A DNA stretch of 54,665 bases from an uncultured virus (IMG/VR IMGVR_UViG_3300021256_004112) (lineage: Duplodnaviria; Heunggongvirae; Uroviricota; Caudoviricetes): IMG/VR virus record IMGVR_UViG_3300021256_004112; one strand, written 5' to 3'. The first letter of the stretch is position 1. Every line of letters starts with the position of its first letter. Shown here piece after piece: positions 37,405 to 46,703 of this stretch. Position numbers and translations under genes: made by a program. Under the pieces are notes generated by a model. It did no database searches. It was given only the letters and a program-made list of their open reading frames with translations, and had not been told where the DNA came from.

Positions 37405-38039
37405 CTTTCCATATCAGAAACAGCCAATCGCTTTTTTACTTCCCATTCCTTCTTTTCTTTCTTGACCTCATTTTCAAACATAAGCGAATAGAATTCCATT
37501 TTTTTAGAAACGAAAGACTTACGCAGTAAAGAAGTAGGCGTTTTGAAATATTTTGCTTTTTCCATTGGCACAAACTTAGGTTTTACCATAACATTGATAA
37601 CGGCATGCTTTTGGTAAAGATTAACAGTATCGCCAACACCAATTAGGGTAACATCCCTTAATGCGCCTTTTTTCACCTTCTGTGCCAACTCTTCCATAAA
37701 AACTTCTAACCGTTTTGGAAGCGGTTTAAAACCCAATTTTCCCTGTTTATCCAACTCCACTTCATCCGAGGTAAGAGGCGACGGCATAGAATAAAAGACA
37801 TTATTTTTCACTGATGTTTTCAAAAACATCACTACATCTGAAAGCTGCTTATATTCCGCTTCGCCCTGTGGGCATCCATACCCTTTATCAAGTATGACAT
37901 TCAAAAAAGCGTCCTTTCCTGCTACAGCATAACTCGGCCGAAGCTCAATATATTTTATTGGCAACAGTTTTTCTTTTTGTGCTAAATCGCGAATAGCAAT
38001 AAGTAAATCCAAATCATTCCGATTGATTGCATTTTCCAT
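37401..38039 (-). CDS. Hypothetical protein
   Basis: Ends KKRLAVSDMER. Confidence 0.75.
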   Translation of the reverse strand: MENAINRNDLDLLIAIRDLAQKEKLLPIKYIELRPSYAVAGKDAFLNVILDKGYGCPQGEAEYKQLSDVVMFLKTSVKNNVFYSMPSPLTSDEVELDKQGKLGFKPLPKRLEVFMEELAQKVKKGALRDVTLIGVGDTVNLYQKHAVINVMVKPKFVPMEKAKYFKTPTSLLRKSFVSKKMEFYSLMFENEVKKEKKEWEVKKRLAVSDMER

Positions 38040-38042
38040 ATT

Positions 38043-38651
38043 TCACATCCCCATGCTTATATTTTGCTCCTTGTGATGTTCCATTTCTTTATGATGCATG
38101 GCTTTCTTCTCCCTTTGTTCTCTGTTATATTCATTCGTCCGCTCAAAAATCTTAATTTCTTCCCGCATCAACAACGCAAATTTATCGCGGTCCATAAAAT
38201 TATGGCAGAACATACGGGCGGACTGCTCGCAAAGATTGGCCAGCTTATCATTCAATAAATGACCAGAGGCAGACAATTCTTTATTAAACTTTGAAAAATT
38301 ATTGGGAACACGACTCATTAACAACACAGGATAATGGGTTTCTGATACATCATCATAAACAGAAGAATAAAGCCTTTCCCCATCCTGTTTTACATTCTTA
38401 GACACATGACGGGCGACTTTTTCCTGATAAGATAAAATTAAACTTTCCTTCACCTTATCCACATCAACAGGTCTACCCACATTAAAATGTTGCGCTAAGA
38501 ATTTAGCTTCTTTTGGAAAACCAAATGACTGGATATCCAAAACCAACTGGTCTTTATCCTTAATCGTCATCTTTTTACGCAAAACGCCGATACTTTCCAA
38601 TGCCCGCATAAAACTCTTATTGCTTAATTCATCCATCTTATTTTCCATCAA
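38043..38651 (-). CDS. Hypothetical protein
   Basis: Ends KEQNISMGM. Confidence 0.75.
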   Translation of the reverse strand: MMENKMDELSNKSFMRALESIGVLRKKMTIKDKDQLVLDIQSFGFPKEAKFLAQHFNVGRPVDVDKVKESLILSYQEKVARHVSKNVKQDGERLYSSVYDDVSETHYPVLLMSRVPNNFSKFNKELSASGHLLNDKLANLCEQSARMFCHNFMDRDKFALLMREEIKIFERTNEYNREQREKKAMHHKEMEHHKEQNISMGM

Positions 38652-38654
38652 AAA

Positions 38655-39212
38655 TCACCTCGAAGCTTCTAACCCGTTATTTTTCAAATTCTCAGAAGCG
38701 GGTCTCTTCAAACTAACTGTTTTATCATAGCGTTCCACCCACATTCCTAACTGCTGGCAAATAACTTTCGGCGCTCTTTCATCCATAAGGAAATTCCCGT
38801 CACGGATAGAATCTATAATTCCCTTATAACAGGAACGCTCCAAGGAGTTTAACGGTTTCCAAACCTGTAACATTCCCTCGTTAAACACTTCTTTTTCCTT
38901 TTCTGTACGGTGTTCCGTTACGAATTGCACCATATCTTTCATTTTGCTGAACAATGCAGGTCTATCCGTTTTAATTTCCTGTAATTTTTGCGTTGCGCGG
39001 GTAGCATACCAAAGCGCTTTTTCCAAATCTTCTTTTCCGTTCTTGTGATGGGTACGCCATGTGTACTTAACAACATTCTGTAAATCCCCGGCAATCTCAC
39101 CTACATATCCGCCAACAGCTACAGCAATATAATCAATACATTCAACCTTACCCTGTCCCGCATAATGAGAAGGGTGGTTGACCATATCTTGTGCTTCTTT
39201 TTTACTTTCCAT
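38655..39212 (-). CDS. DUF3310 (SaV-like) domain protein with C-terminal extension
   Basis: DMVNHPSHY...ECIDYI...NVVKY.WR..KNG.EDLEKA.WY. Confidence 0.85.
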   Translation of the reverse strand: MESKKEAQDMVNHPSHYAGQGKVECIDYIAVAVGGYVGEIAGDLQNVVKYTWRTHHKNGKEDLEKALWYATRATQKLQEIKTDRPALFSKMKDMVQFVTEHRTEKEKEVFNEGMLQVWKPLNSLERSCYKGIIDSIRDGNFLMDERAPKVICQQLGMWVERYDKTVSLKRPASENLKNNGLEASR

Positions 39213-39232
39213 ATCATATTCTCCTTTTTTGC

Positions 39233-40189
39233 TTATCGCCCACATTCTATCGTTTTCCCATCACGGTAAAGATTCCACTTTTCCGTCAGTTCTTTTTTCT
39301 TTTTAATCAGCAAAGGTCCGCTTTTTCCACCAGCCAGTCCCTCAATTTCTTTTTTATGTTCTTTTATAAAAGTTTTGGCCATATTCATCCGGTCTTTTAC
39401 CTTCTTTTCCGTAGAAAGCGCCAATTCTCTTTTTTCCTTAAAATAGGGCAAAATAAGGACAGGAATGCAATCTTTCGTTTTTACGACAGCCGACAACTGA
39501 TGGGTTCCGTCCTTTTTATGAATCCATCTTGTCAAAAAATACGGCTCTTTATGACGGGTGCATTTCCGTATCATATAACTATCCTGTTCCAATATCCGGT
39601 CTTTTTCTTCCATTTCTTTCAAACAGGTATCAAACATCTTAGAACAGGAATCATCCGAACTCCAGCCATGAAAATTCCGTTCTCCCGTACTCCGAATCAG
39701 GAAATTCCGTTCCATCTCTTCCCACAGAGAATTACGGCTGACAACTTCCCGTTCCAATATTTCCATAATGTTTTCTTTCATGTTGTCTTTGTTTTGCTGG
39801 TAAATTTCCTGTACTTTTTCTATGGAACAGTCATAGATTTCGGTTGACCTCTCAGAACGCCCCATATATCGGAACGAAAGGAACGCATGATTTTTCAATA
39901 CATCTTCAATTGCCTTCCCTTCCTCTTTATCACACACGGCAGTCAATTCCATTGGATGTATATAAACCTCTCTGCCGTTCTTCGTCATGGTGGCACAGCT
40001 TATTCCGTCCCTTGGGTTATATTGCCAACCCCTCTTTTCCAATACAGGAAAAACAAACTTTTTAATCTCCATATTAAAAGCTGCAATACGGTCAGGGTCG
40101 CCACCCTTACCCCATTCATAACCAGAATCAACCCGAAACTGTATATTTTCCATCTTTTCCACATCAGATGGTATTTGTAAAGGTTTCAT
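39233..40189 (-). CDS. Hypothetical protein
   Basis: RBS AAGGGGG; ends IECGR. Confidence 0.75.
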   Translation of the reverse strand: MKPLQIPSDVEKMENIQFRVDSGYEWGKGGDPDRIAAFNMEIKKFVFPVLEKRGWQYNPRDGISCATMTKNGREVYIHPMELTAVCDKEEGKAIEDVLKNHAFLSFRYMGRSERSTEIYDCSIEKVQEIYQQNKDNMKENIMEILEREVVSRNSLWEEMERNFLIRSTGERNFHGWSSDDSCSKMFDTCLKEMEEKDRILEQDSYMIRKCTRHKEPYFLTRWIHKKDGTHQLSAVVKTKDCIPVLILPYFKEKRELALSTEKKVKDRMNMAKTFIKEHKKEIEGLAGGKSGPLLIKKKKELTEKWNLYRDGKTIECGR

Positions 40190-40205
40190 GATATACCCCC
40201 CTTTT

Positions 40206-42143
40206 TTACACACGCCCAATCCCGTCTTGCCTGTCTGCAGACTGTGATAAAGGACGGGATGCTGTCAAAGAACGATACGGCGACATATCATTCTGTATCA
40301 TCTTAGCCGCAGTCTGTATGGGACATTCCCGAATCGCCACATTCTTATTGGCATCATAAAAATGAAGCTTCCAATAAGGCGGGAAACGCAGTACCAAAGT
40401 ATCAATATTTTTATCTTTCCCCACAGGCTTGCCTTTCCGCACCATATATTCCGGCACCTTGAAAGACCAGCCCTTTTTATCGCCCTTTGCCATACGAAAA
40501 GTACGGAAACGGTTATTACGGTTATAAGAAGAAACATTAACCTGCTTATCCTGTAAAGGAAAATCCTGCATACGGTCAGCAAAGACGACAATCGTTTGGT
40601 AATTATATTGCGGTTTTGATATTGGTTGTAATGCTTCTGCTACTTTTGATTGGGAAACCTCTACTTCCTGCTGTTCCTTATCATTCACAACCGAAACGCT
40701 TGGCATTGACTGATTTTGAGATATTGTCTCTTCTTTCATTTCCTGTTTGTCGTCTTTCCCGTTTTCCTGTACAACAGGGATATCCGAAGATTTATGTTCG
40801 ACAGATTCAGTCGGTCTTATTTCCACATTTTCCTTTTCTGCTGTTTTTTCAATATCCGCCTTCTGTTCTGCAGCCTCTTTTACTTCAACTTTTTGTTTTG
40901 TTTCTTCCTGTTTTTGTATTGCCTCTTGCTTTTCTTCTTTTTTTTTAGTCTGTTCCACATGCATCAATCCTAAATCAAACGCATGCGGGGTAAGCAGTTT
41001 TGGCTCTTTATCGCCTTTGAACAAGATTAAGAGATTGCCCTTTTCATTCTTGCCGGTAAAGATACCTTCACCAAAAACATTATGGACGATAACAGCGCCG
41101 TCTTTTAATGTTTCAGCGATTTCTTTTCCTTTATTCCCATCTATTGTTTTTCCGTTGCTTAATACCACACTCGCCTTTTCATTCTTCCCTGACGGAACTG
41201 ATTTATTCTCCGTTTCAGGAAAAAGAATCCCCTGCGAATCCTTGTCTGTAAAAGTCGCTTCTTTTACCGTTGCGGCAGTTGGGATTTTACTGACGGGAAG
41301 AACTTCCTTTTCTTCCTGTAATTGTGCTTTATTTACTTCACACTCATACATAAATTCTTTTAACCTGCATAAGTCGCAGGAAGGGATTAAGGAAGAGTCC
41401 ATTAAATCCAAATCCAAAGGAAGCTCTTTTTCTTTGACAGGTTTATACTCTTTACCTGCTTCTGTATTTAAAATCATATCGTATGCTTCTAACTCATGGA
41501 TGACCAAATGGTCATTTCCCTCTTTACGGGAAGAGAATACAGACGCATAATCCCCAAAAAGCTCTTCTGAAAAAGAAGTTCCATAAACCCTGTCCACTTC
41601 TTCTAAATAATGAGAGACAGGATTATCAAGAACAGGATTTTCACCTGCACCCAAGGAAGTCGCAAAAGACTGGATAGACGCTTCCAAGGAAGCAAGCTGG
41701 CGAAAATCGTCTTCCATGCCAGCTTCTTTAATTTGCGGATACCGCTCCATATAATCCTGCTGAACAGCATCCACCTCATTACTATCCGCTATTTGAAGGG
41801 AAACAAAATTACGGGAAGGAACAGCAATTTCCATCCCATTATCCGACAGCGAAGGCAGGTTATCAATTGCGTCCCTTGCCTGTTGCATATCCTGTTGCAT
41901 CTCTTCCAAAGGAATAAAGCCTTTCGCATAATCATCCATAGAATCAACCAACAAATTCATCCGACGCACAAATCGGAGCATTTTGAAAAAATCAGGTTTA
42001 GACATGGAAGCCGTATCAATACTTTCCACGATATGACTTTTATATGCGTCCACATCCAATCCGCGGTAATACGGTTTATTGTTTTTAGCCATCCCGCCAT
42101 ACTTAGCAAAATCTTTAAGTTCTTTCGTAGTTAAGACTTTCAT
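40206..42143 (-). CDS. Multidomain hypothetical protein with a Tudor/SH3-like module
   Basis: GAVIVHNVFGEG...LLILF motif, charged linker, ends ASRPLSQSADRQDGIGRV. Confidence 0.75.
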   Translation of the reverse strand: MKVLTTKELKDFAKYGGMAKNNKPYYRGLDVDAYKSHIVESIDTASMSKPDFFKMLRFVRRMNLLVDSMDDYAKGFIPLEEMQQDMQQARDAIDNLPSLSDNGMEIAVPSRNFVSLQIADSNEVDAVQQDYMERYPQIKEAGMEDDFRQLASLEASIQSFATSLGAGENPVLDNPVSHYLEEVDRVYGTSFSEELFGDYASVFSSRKEGNDHLVIHELEAYDMILNTEAGKEYKPVKEKELPLDLDLMDSSLIPSCDLCRLKEFMYECEVNKAQLQEEKEVLPVSKIPTAATVKEATFTDKDSQGILFPETENKSVPSGKNEKASVVLSNGKTIDGNKGKEIAETLKDGAVIVHNVFGEGIFTGKNEKGNLLILFKGDKEPKLLTPHAFDLGLMHVEQTKKKEEKQEAIQKQEETKQKVEVKEAAEQKADIEKTAEKENVEIRPTESVEHKSSDIPVVQENGKDDKQEMKEETISQNQSMPSVSVVNDKEQQEVEVSQSKVAEALQPISKPQYNYQTIVVFADRMQDFPLQDKQVNVSSYNRNNRFRTFRMAKGDKKGWSFKVPEYMVRKGKPVGKDKNIDTLVLRFPPYWKLHFYDANKNVAIRECPIQTAAKMIQNDMSPYRSLTASRPLSQSADRQDGIGRV

Positions 42144-42211
42144 AAGACACCTCACACAAAAAAATGTATATTAATAACGGAAGACCCGATGATGATACAT
42201 CGGGTCATAAA

Positions 42212-43378
42212 TTATCCGGCAAACAATTCCTGCTGTTCACCCTGTTCGGCAGAAATCGTTCTTGCTTTATTGCGACTCTTTACTTTAGGTCGTTTTGCCT
42301 GTTGGAACGCATAACGCTTTTCATCCGCCTCACAACATTCTTTTAAACAGCCGGACGCTACCTGCGCCCAATGCTGATGGTCCAATGCAGTAGCGCAGAT
42401 AGAAGCGTTCCGCGCCTGATAACGGATTTCCTTATTTACCTTTGCCAATGTCTCATCGAATTCTTTCGGTGGTAAAAGGGAATCCACATTCGGCATTTTC
42501 ATTTGGACATTATCCATAGAAAAAGAAACATCATAAACATAATGGGCAGGAATCGGCGCTTGCGAACCCCGTACCTTTTCAGGGAATTCCTGCAGTAAAG
42601 ACGATTCAAACAACACGCCTGTCTCTTTTTGGATAGTATCTTTATCCTGCAGGCGCATATGCCCCTGATAATCCGAAAAAACAGTACGGTCAACGCCTAT
42701 CCCCAGCTCATCATCCACGGCAAGGGAATATAAAGCCTGGCTCAATGCGTCGTCCCACTGTTCCTTCCCGCGCCGTTCCATCTGCTGCACATCCTTGATA
42801 AAAGGAATATACGGATACCGCTTTTCGCCGTCCAACGCTTCACGGACTGCTTTTACGGAAATACTGCCTTCCTGTTGATATTTCTCAGATTCCGAAAGAT
42901 AAGCCAACGCTTTTTCTTTCAATTCCTTCACATTATAATTTCCCTTCTCATTCGGATAGAACAAAGACGAAGAAGTATCGGGACGGGAAGAAATTTCAAC
43001 CCCTAACTCATCCGCAATATCATGTAATTTTTCATCAATGCGGGAGACCGCTTCTCTCGTGCCAAAAATTTCTACACCCGTAGAACGGAAATGGACGTAA
43101 AAATTCTCAGAATACATACGAGGGAAGGATACAGTCTGAATCGGCTTATTTTCTTCTTTGTCTTCTTCCTTGATTTCTGCCACATCTTCATTTTCCATCA
43201 TAAAATCAGGCAACGATTTCTTTTTCTCCGTTTCAGTACGCTCGGGGAAACTTACTGTCCAAGCCTCATTTCCGATATTCTTTTCCGAATCCATAAAAGA
43301 CGCCATCTCATTAGCAATCTTTTCCACATTCTCATTATCCAGCTTGTATTTCACAGCATATACAGGTTCTTTCAGCAT
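42212..43378 (-). CDS. Hypothetical protein
   Basis: ATG 43378 with RBS GAAAGGAG; basic tail; hairpin at 42183-42206. Confidence 0.8.
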   Translation of the reverse strand: MLKEPVYAVKYKLDNENVEKIANEMASFMDSEKNIGNEAWTVSFPERTETEKKKSLPDFMMENEDVAEIKEEDKEENKPIQTVSFPRMYSENFYVHFRSTGVEIFGTREAVSRIDEKLHDIADELGVEISSRPDTSSSLFYPNEKGNYNVKELKEKALAYLSESEKYQQEGSISVKAVREALDGEKRYPYIPFIKDVQQMERRGKEQWDDALSQALYSLAVDDELGIGVDRTVFSDYQGHMRLQDKDTIQKETGVLFESSLLQEFPEKVRGSQAPIPAHYVYDVSFSMDNVQMKMPNVDSLLPPKEFDETLAKVNKEIRYQARNASICATALDHQHWAQVASGCLKECCEADEKRYAFQQAKRPKVKSRNKARTISAEQGEQQELFAG

Positions 43379-43415
43379 AATTGCAACTCCTTTCAAATTC
43401 TTTTTGCTTGTTCTT

Positions 43416-43446
43416 ATTGTATGACAGAATGTAAAAACACTCCCTA
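43416..43446 (-). promoter_or_regulatory. TAGG-class promoter, copy 5
   Basis: TAGGGAGT-N17-TACAAT. Confidence 0.7.
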
Positions 43447-43461
43447 CACTGAGCAATACCA

Positions 43462-43845
43462 TCAAGCACCAATTACGTCTGCAATCGCAGAATCAATAAA
43501 CTGGCTTTCCTGTACATGTTGCGTATTTTTACGACCATGTTCCTTATAATGTCTTTTTACCTTCCGATTAGGTTGCGTCACGCTTCGCACATCCGTAAAC
43601 ACAACCATTTCGCTATCCCCTAATACTTCAAGGTCTGTCATAGCCCGTTGCGCATCAATCATAAATTTTCTTGCGCCTTGTCGAATATGATGGATTTTCC
43701 GCTCCCTGCACAATGCTCGAATAAACATAGGTGAAAGCCCCATTCCTTTGGCAAATTCGTTAACGGAAACATATTTCGCTGACCATGTTACAGGGTTGTA
43801 TACGGGCGTATTTTTCATTTCATTCTTATCATTCATTTTCCTCAT
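43462..43845 (-). CDS. xis: Excisionase-like HTH protein
   Basis: YVSVNEFAKGMGLS...IR.LCRE.KI.HIRQG.RKF.ID; divergent from the integrase. Confidence 0.8.
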   Translation of the reverse strand: MRKMNDKNEMKNTPVYNPVTWSAKYVSVNEFAKGMGLSPMFIRALCRERKIHHIRQGARKFMIDAQRAMTDLEVLGDSEMVVFTDVRSVTQPNRKVKRHYKEHGRKNTQHVQESQFIDSAIADVIGA

Positions 43846-43898
43846 CCCTTTCTTTATTGACCCTTTTCACCTTAACAAATGCTCTTGTTTTTATCCAA

Positions 43899-43929
43899 AC
43901 AATACCACGAATATTTTCATTACTCCCTA
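43899..43929 (-). promoter_or_regulatory. TAGG-class promoter, copy 6 (xis)
   Basis: TAGGGAGT-N17-TATTGT with TG extension. Confidence 0.65.
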
Positions 43930-43950
43930 CTTCACCAAACATCATTAACG

Positions 43951-43989
43951 AAATTCCGTATTGACTTAGAAGCAAAGCTGAAATATGAT
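43951..43989 (+). promoter_or_regulatory. Integrase promoter
   Basis: AAATTCCGTA-TTGACT-N17-TATGAT. Confidence 0.7.
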
Positions 43990-44012
43990 GGAAAAAGAAA
44001 GGGGATGATAAT

Positions 44013-45332
44013 ATGGGGCATGGTGACGGCACGATTCGGGAAATTTTCGACAAACGGATTAACAAAAGCAGGCTGGAAGCAAAGATATTTATTGACGGCA
44101 AACCGAAAACAGCCCGTTTTGAATGCACCAAATACGGACGGAAGGAAGCGAACGAATGGCTGCGCTCCATACGCAGGGACAAAGAAGATGAAATCCATCC
44201 GTCTAACCAAACATTAGGAGAAGCAATCGGAATCTATATTAAGAACAATGATGCCGCCGAATTTGAACGGCAAAACATAAAGCTCAATACATTAAGTCGA
44301 ACATTCTCTACCATTAAAGGATTACCCAAATGGCTAAAGGATATGCCTGTATCAGAAGCAAAAAAAGACGAAATAACAAAAGCGTTGAGCGAAATGTCAA
44401 AACGCATGGGGAAAAACGGAACGGATAAAGCATTAGCTTTCTTAAACCGTTTCTTTAAAAATGAAGTAGATAATGGACGCTTACGCTCAAACCCATGCAG
44501 CATGATAAAACGCAGTAAAGCAAAAGAAACGAAAGAAATTGAAATTTACTCCAAAGAAGAAATCATCCAACTTATCCGTGGCATCCATTACATCATGAAC
44601 AACGGGACATACCACAGCATCACACACAACTACGATTTATTTTTCAAACTGTTGCTGACGACAGGCATGCGTATCGGCGAGCTGTTGGCACTCCAATGGG
44701 AACAAATTGACTTAACTGAAGGCAAAGAAATGATAAAAGTAAAATATACATTAGATTCCCATTGGTACAAGAATGCAGTACAAAAAGGATTGATGTTAAA
44801 TACGCCAAAGACACAAAGCAGCAACAGGAATATACCCCTACTATCCCCGCATGTTATCCGAACGCTAAAAAAGGAAAAACAGAAAAAAGGAAAACACATA
44901 TTCCTTTTCGAAACCAAAGATGGAAAAGCAATAGACTATCACAACTTTTACAAGACCTGGGACAATATTGGAAAAGAAGCGGCAAGGCAATGCCCGCACT
45001 GCCATACCATACGCCCAAACGATTGGATATGCGAATGTGGGAACCATGTTACCCGTCGCAGGCGTATCTGCCAACGATGTAACAGGGAACGCCCGCAGGA
45101 ATGGATATGCCCCACATGCGGGAACACAGTTAGGGAAATCCATAAAAAACCGCATACGACCCGCCATACATTTATCTCTTTTATGATTGCAAAAGGATAT
45201 CCTATCGCTACAATAAGCAAAATCGCAGGGCATTCCAGTCCCAAGGTAACATTGGACGTATATACCCATGCTACCGACAATTACATAGAAGAACTGCGAA
45301 GTTTGGTAAAAAACAAAAACAAAGGACAATAA
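44013..45332 (+). CDS. int: Tyrosine integrase with zinc-ribbon insertion
   Basis: G.G.G.I arm-binding N-terminus, TGMRIGELLAL.W, PKT..S.R, HTTRHT, GHSS...T...Y. Confidence 0.95.
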   Translation: MGHGDGTIREIFDKRINKSRLEAKIFIDGKPKTARFECTKYGRKEANEWLRSIRRDKEDEIHPSNQTLGEAIGIYIKNNDAAEFERQNIKLNTLSRTFSTIKGLPKWLKDMPVSEAKKDEITKALSEMSKRMGKNGTDKALAFLNRFFKNEVDNGRLRSNPCSMIKRSKAKETKEIEIYSKEEIIQLIRGIHYIMNNGTYHSITHNYDLFFKLLLTTGMRIGELLALQWEQIDLTEGKEMIKVKYTLDSHWYKNAVQKGLMLNTPKTQSSNRNIPLLSPHVIRTLKKEKQKKGKHIFLFETKDGKAIDYHNFYKTWDNIGKEAARQCPHCHTIRPNDWICECGNHVTRRRRICQRCNRERPQEWICPTCGNTVREIHKKPHTTRHTFISFMIAKGYPIATISKIAGHSSPKVTLDVYTHATDNYIEELRSLVKNKNKGQ

Positions 45333-45338
45333 AAAAAC

Positions 45339-45370
45339 TCCCCATACCGCATAAAAGCACAGTATGGGGA
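45339..45370 (+). terminator. Hairpin after int
   Basis: TCCCCATAC/GTATGGGGA. Confidence 0.55.
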
Positions 45371-45376
45371 ATTATT

Positions 45377-45662
45377 TATGTCCTATGTTATGTCATATGT
45401 TTTGTAATATGTTTAGGTACAAACAACTACTTGTTTTTTATCATTACTCCAAACAACAACAGAAAATTAAAAACCCCTCAAGTGCAGTATTTATGCAACT
45501 TGAGGGGTTATTTTCATGGCAGGGGCAGAAAGAATCGAACTCTCAACACACGGTTTTGGAGACCGTTGATACAATACACTTCTGTTACGGATATAAGCGC
45601 ATTTCGAAAGAATTTATTTGTTATGTCATATGTTTTGTAAGATGTTTTAGTTTGTAAGACAT
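45377..45662. mobile_element. attP-like site: tRNA-derived core flanked by arm-type repeats
   Basis: 12-bp-period T[AT]TGT..[TG]ATGT repeats at 45377-45412 and 45622-45662; exact 22-mer TGTTATGTCATATGTTTTGTAA at 45386 and 45619; hairpin 45472-45509. Confidence 0.8.
45517..45566 (-). pseudogene. 3' half of tRNA-Trp(CCA), att core
   Basis: ACGGT-CTCCAAA-ACCGT anticodon arm, GAGAG-TTCGATT-CTTTC T arm, TGCCCCTG-CCA end; D arm and 5' acceptor strand absent. Confidence 0.9.
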
Positions 45663-45677
45663 TTTAGGTTTAAAAAC

Positions 45678-46055
45678 TTACCGTTCATTCCCTAAAACCA
45701 TACCATCTAAATCTTTCTGCAATTTCTGAATCATAGTCGTACTTGGATTGCGGGTCAAGGAAGAAAGAAAATTGCGGTGAACTCGATTGAAATACGAAAC
45801 TTTCTCGTTAATGTAATTGGCTTTTACGGAAGAAACATTTGTAAACTGGTGTACCTTACGCTCGTGGGCATACATGTCCTGCATAAACACGCCATAGACA
45901 AGCCCAAGCTTTTTATCTTTTTCCCAACGGCAATATAATTTGCCTCTGCGTTCCGCCTCTTCCTGTTCCCGTTTAATACGGTTCAGGTCCGGCACCCGAC
46001 CAGTCCGCATCTGTTCTTTAATTGCCTGTTGGATAACTTTATTGCTAAAACCCAT
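45678..46055 (-). CDS. Hypothetical protein
   Basis: Ends GMVLGNER. Confidence 0.65.
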   Translation of the reverse strand: MGFSNKVIQQAIKEQMRTGRVPDLNRIKREQEEAERRGKLYCRWEKDKKLGLVYGVFMQDMYAHERKVHQFTNVSSVKANYINEKVSYFNRVHRNFLSSLTRNPSTTMIQKLQKDLDGMVLGNER

Positions 46056-46136
46056 ACTGTACCCCCTATACCCCATATACCATTACAACATCATTATCTG
46101 CCATCTATCGTTTTTCCCATCATAACACAACCAAAA

Positions 46137-46703
46137 TCAGAGTTCAAGGGAAAGGTCCCCATTCTTTTCCACCAGTTTAGGACGCAACGGTCGTTTATTG
46201 GCAGGATATCTTTCAATAAATGCGTCTACCTTTTCATTTTCCAAAAATACCATTCCCGCCTTTTCCCGAAAAGCATTGGAACATAACAATTTGCTTAATC
46301 GGGTCGCATTTTTCTTTTTCAGGCGGAAGCCAATCATCATATCATCGGTCTGTTGGTCAAGGAACGCATCTTTTGTTGCGGCCGCCACATAAAGATACTG
46401 CGGTTCTTGCCAATCCTTCTTTTCATTAAATACAATAAAAGACAATGTATAGGTATCAGGTTTATTCCTTTCCAGTACCCTGCCGACAGGAACAGTAAAC
46501 TCATCCCCAAACTCTTTGACAAACAGTTCCTGCAGATTTTTGGCATAAGCGGAAAACAACTCTTTATCCTTTGCCATCGCTTTCAAAGCTTCATTCAGAT
46601 TATAGGGTGAATCTTCCAACTGAGGTATATTCTTACAACTGATACCACCAATATGGAACACATCTTCTTCCATGCCCAATTCTTTATTATACATAATCAT
46701 CAC
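46137..46703 (-). CDS. Hypothetical protein
   Basis: Ends KRPLRPKLVEKNGDLSLEL. Confidence 0.75.
   Translation of the reverse strand: MMIMYNKELGMEEDVFHIGGISCKNIPQLEDSPYNLNEALKAMAKDKELFSAYAKNLQELFVKEFGDEFTVPVGRVLERNKPDTYTLSFIVFNEKKDWQEPQYLYVAAATKDAFLDQQTDDMMIGFRLKKKNATRLSKLLCSNAFREKAGMVFLENEKVDAFIERYPANKRPLRPKLVEKNGDLSLEL

Noticed and set aside
45517..45592. Functional tRNA-Trp gene
   Set aside because: The 5' acceptor strand and D arm are missing; it is an att core.
45377..45662. CRISPR array or iterons from the TATGT repeats
   Set aside because: 12-bp contiguous units without spacers, positioned as integrase arm sites; no cas or rep gene nearby.
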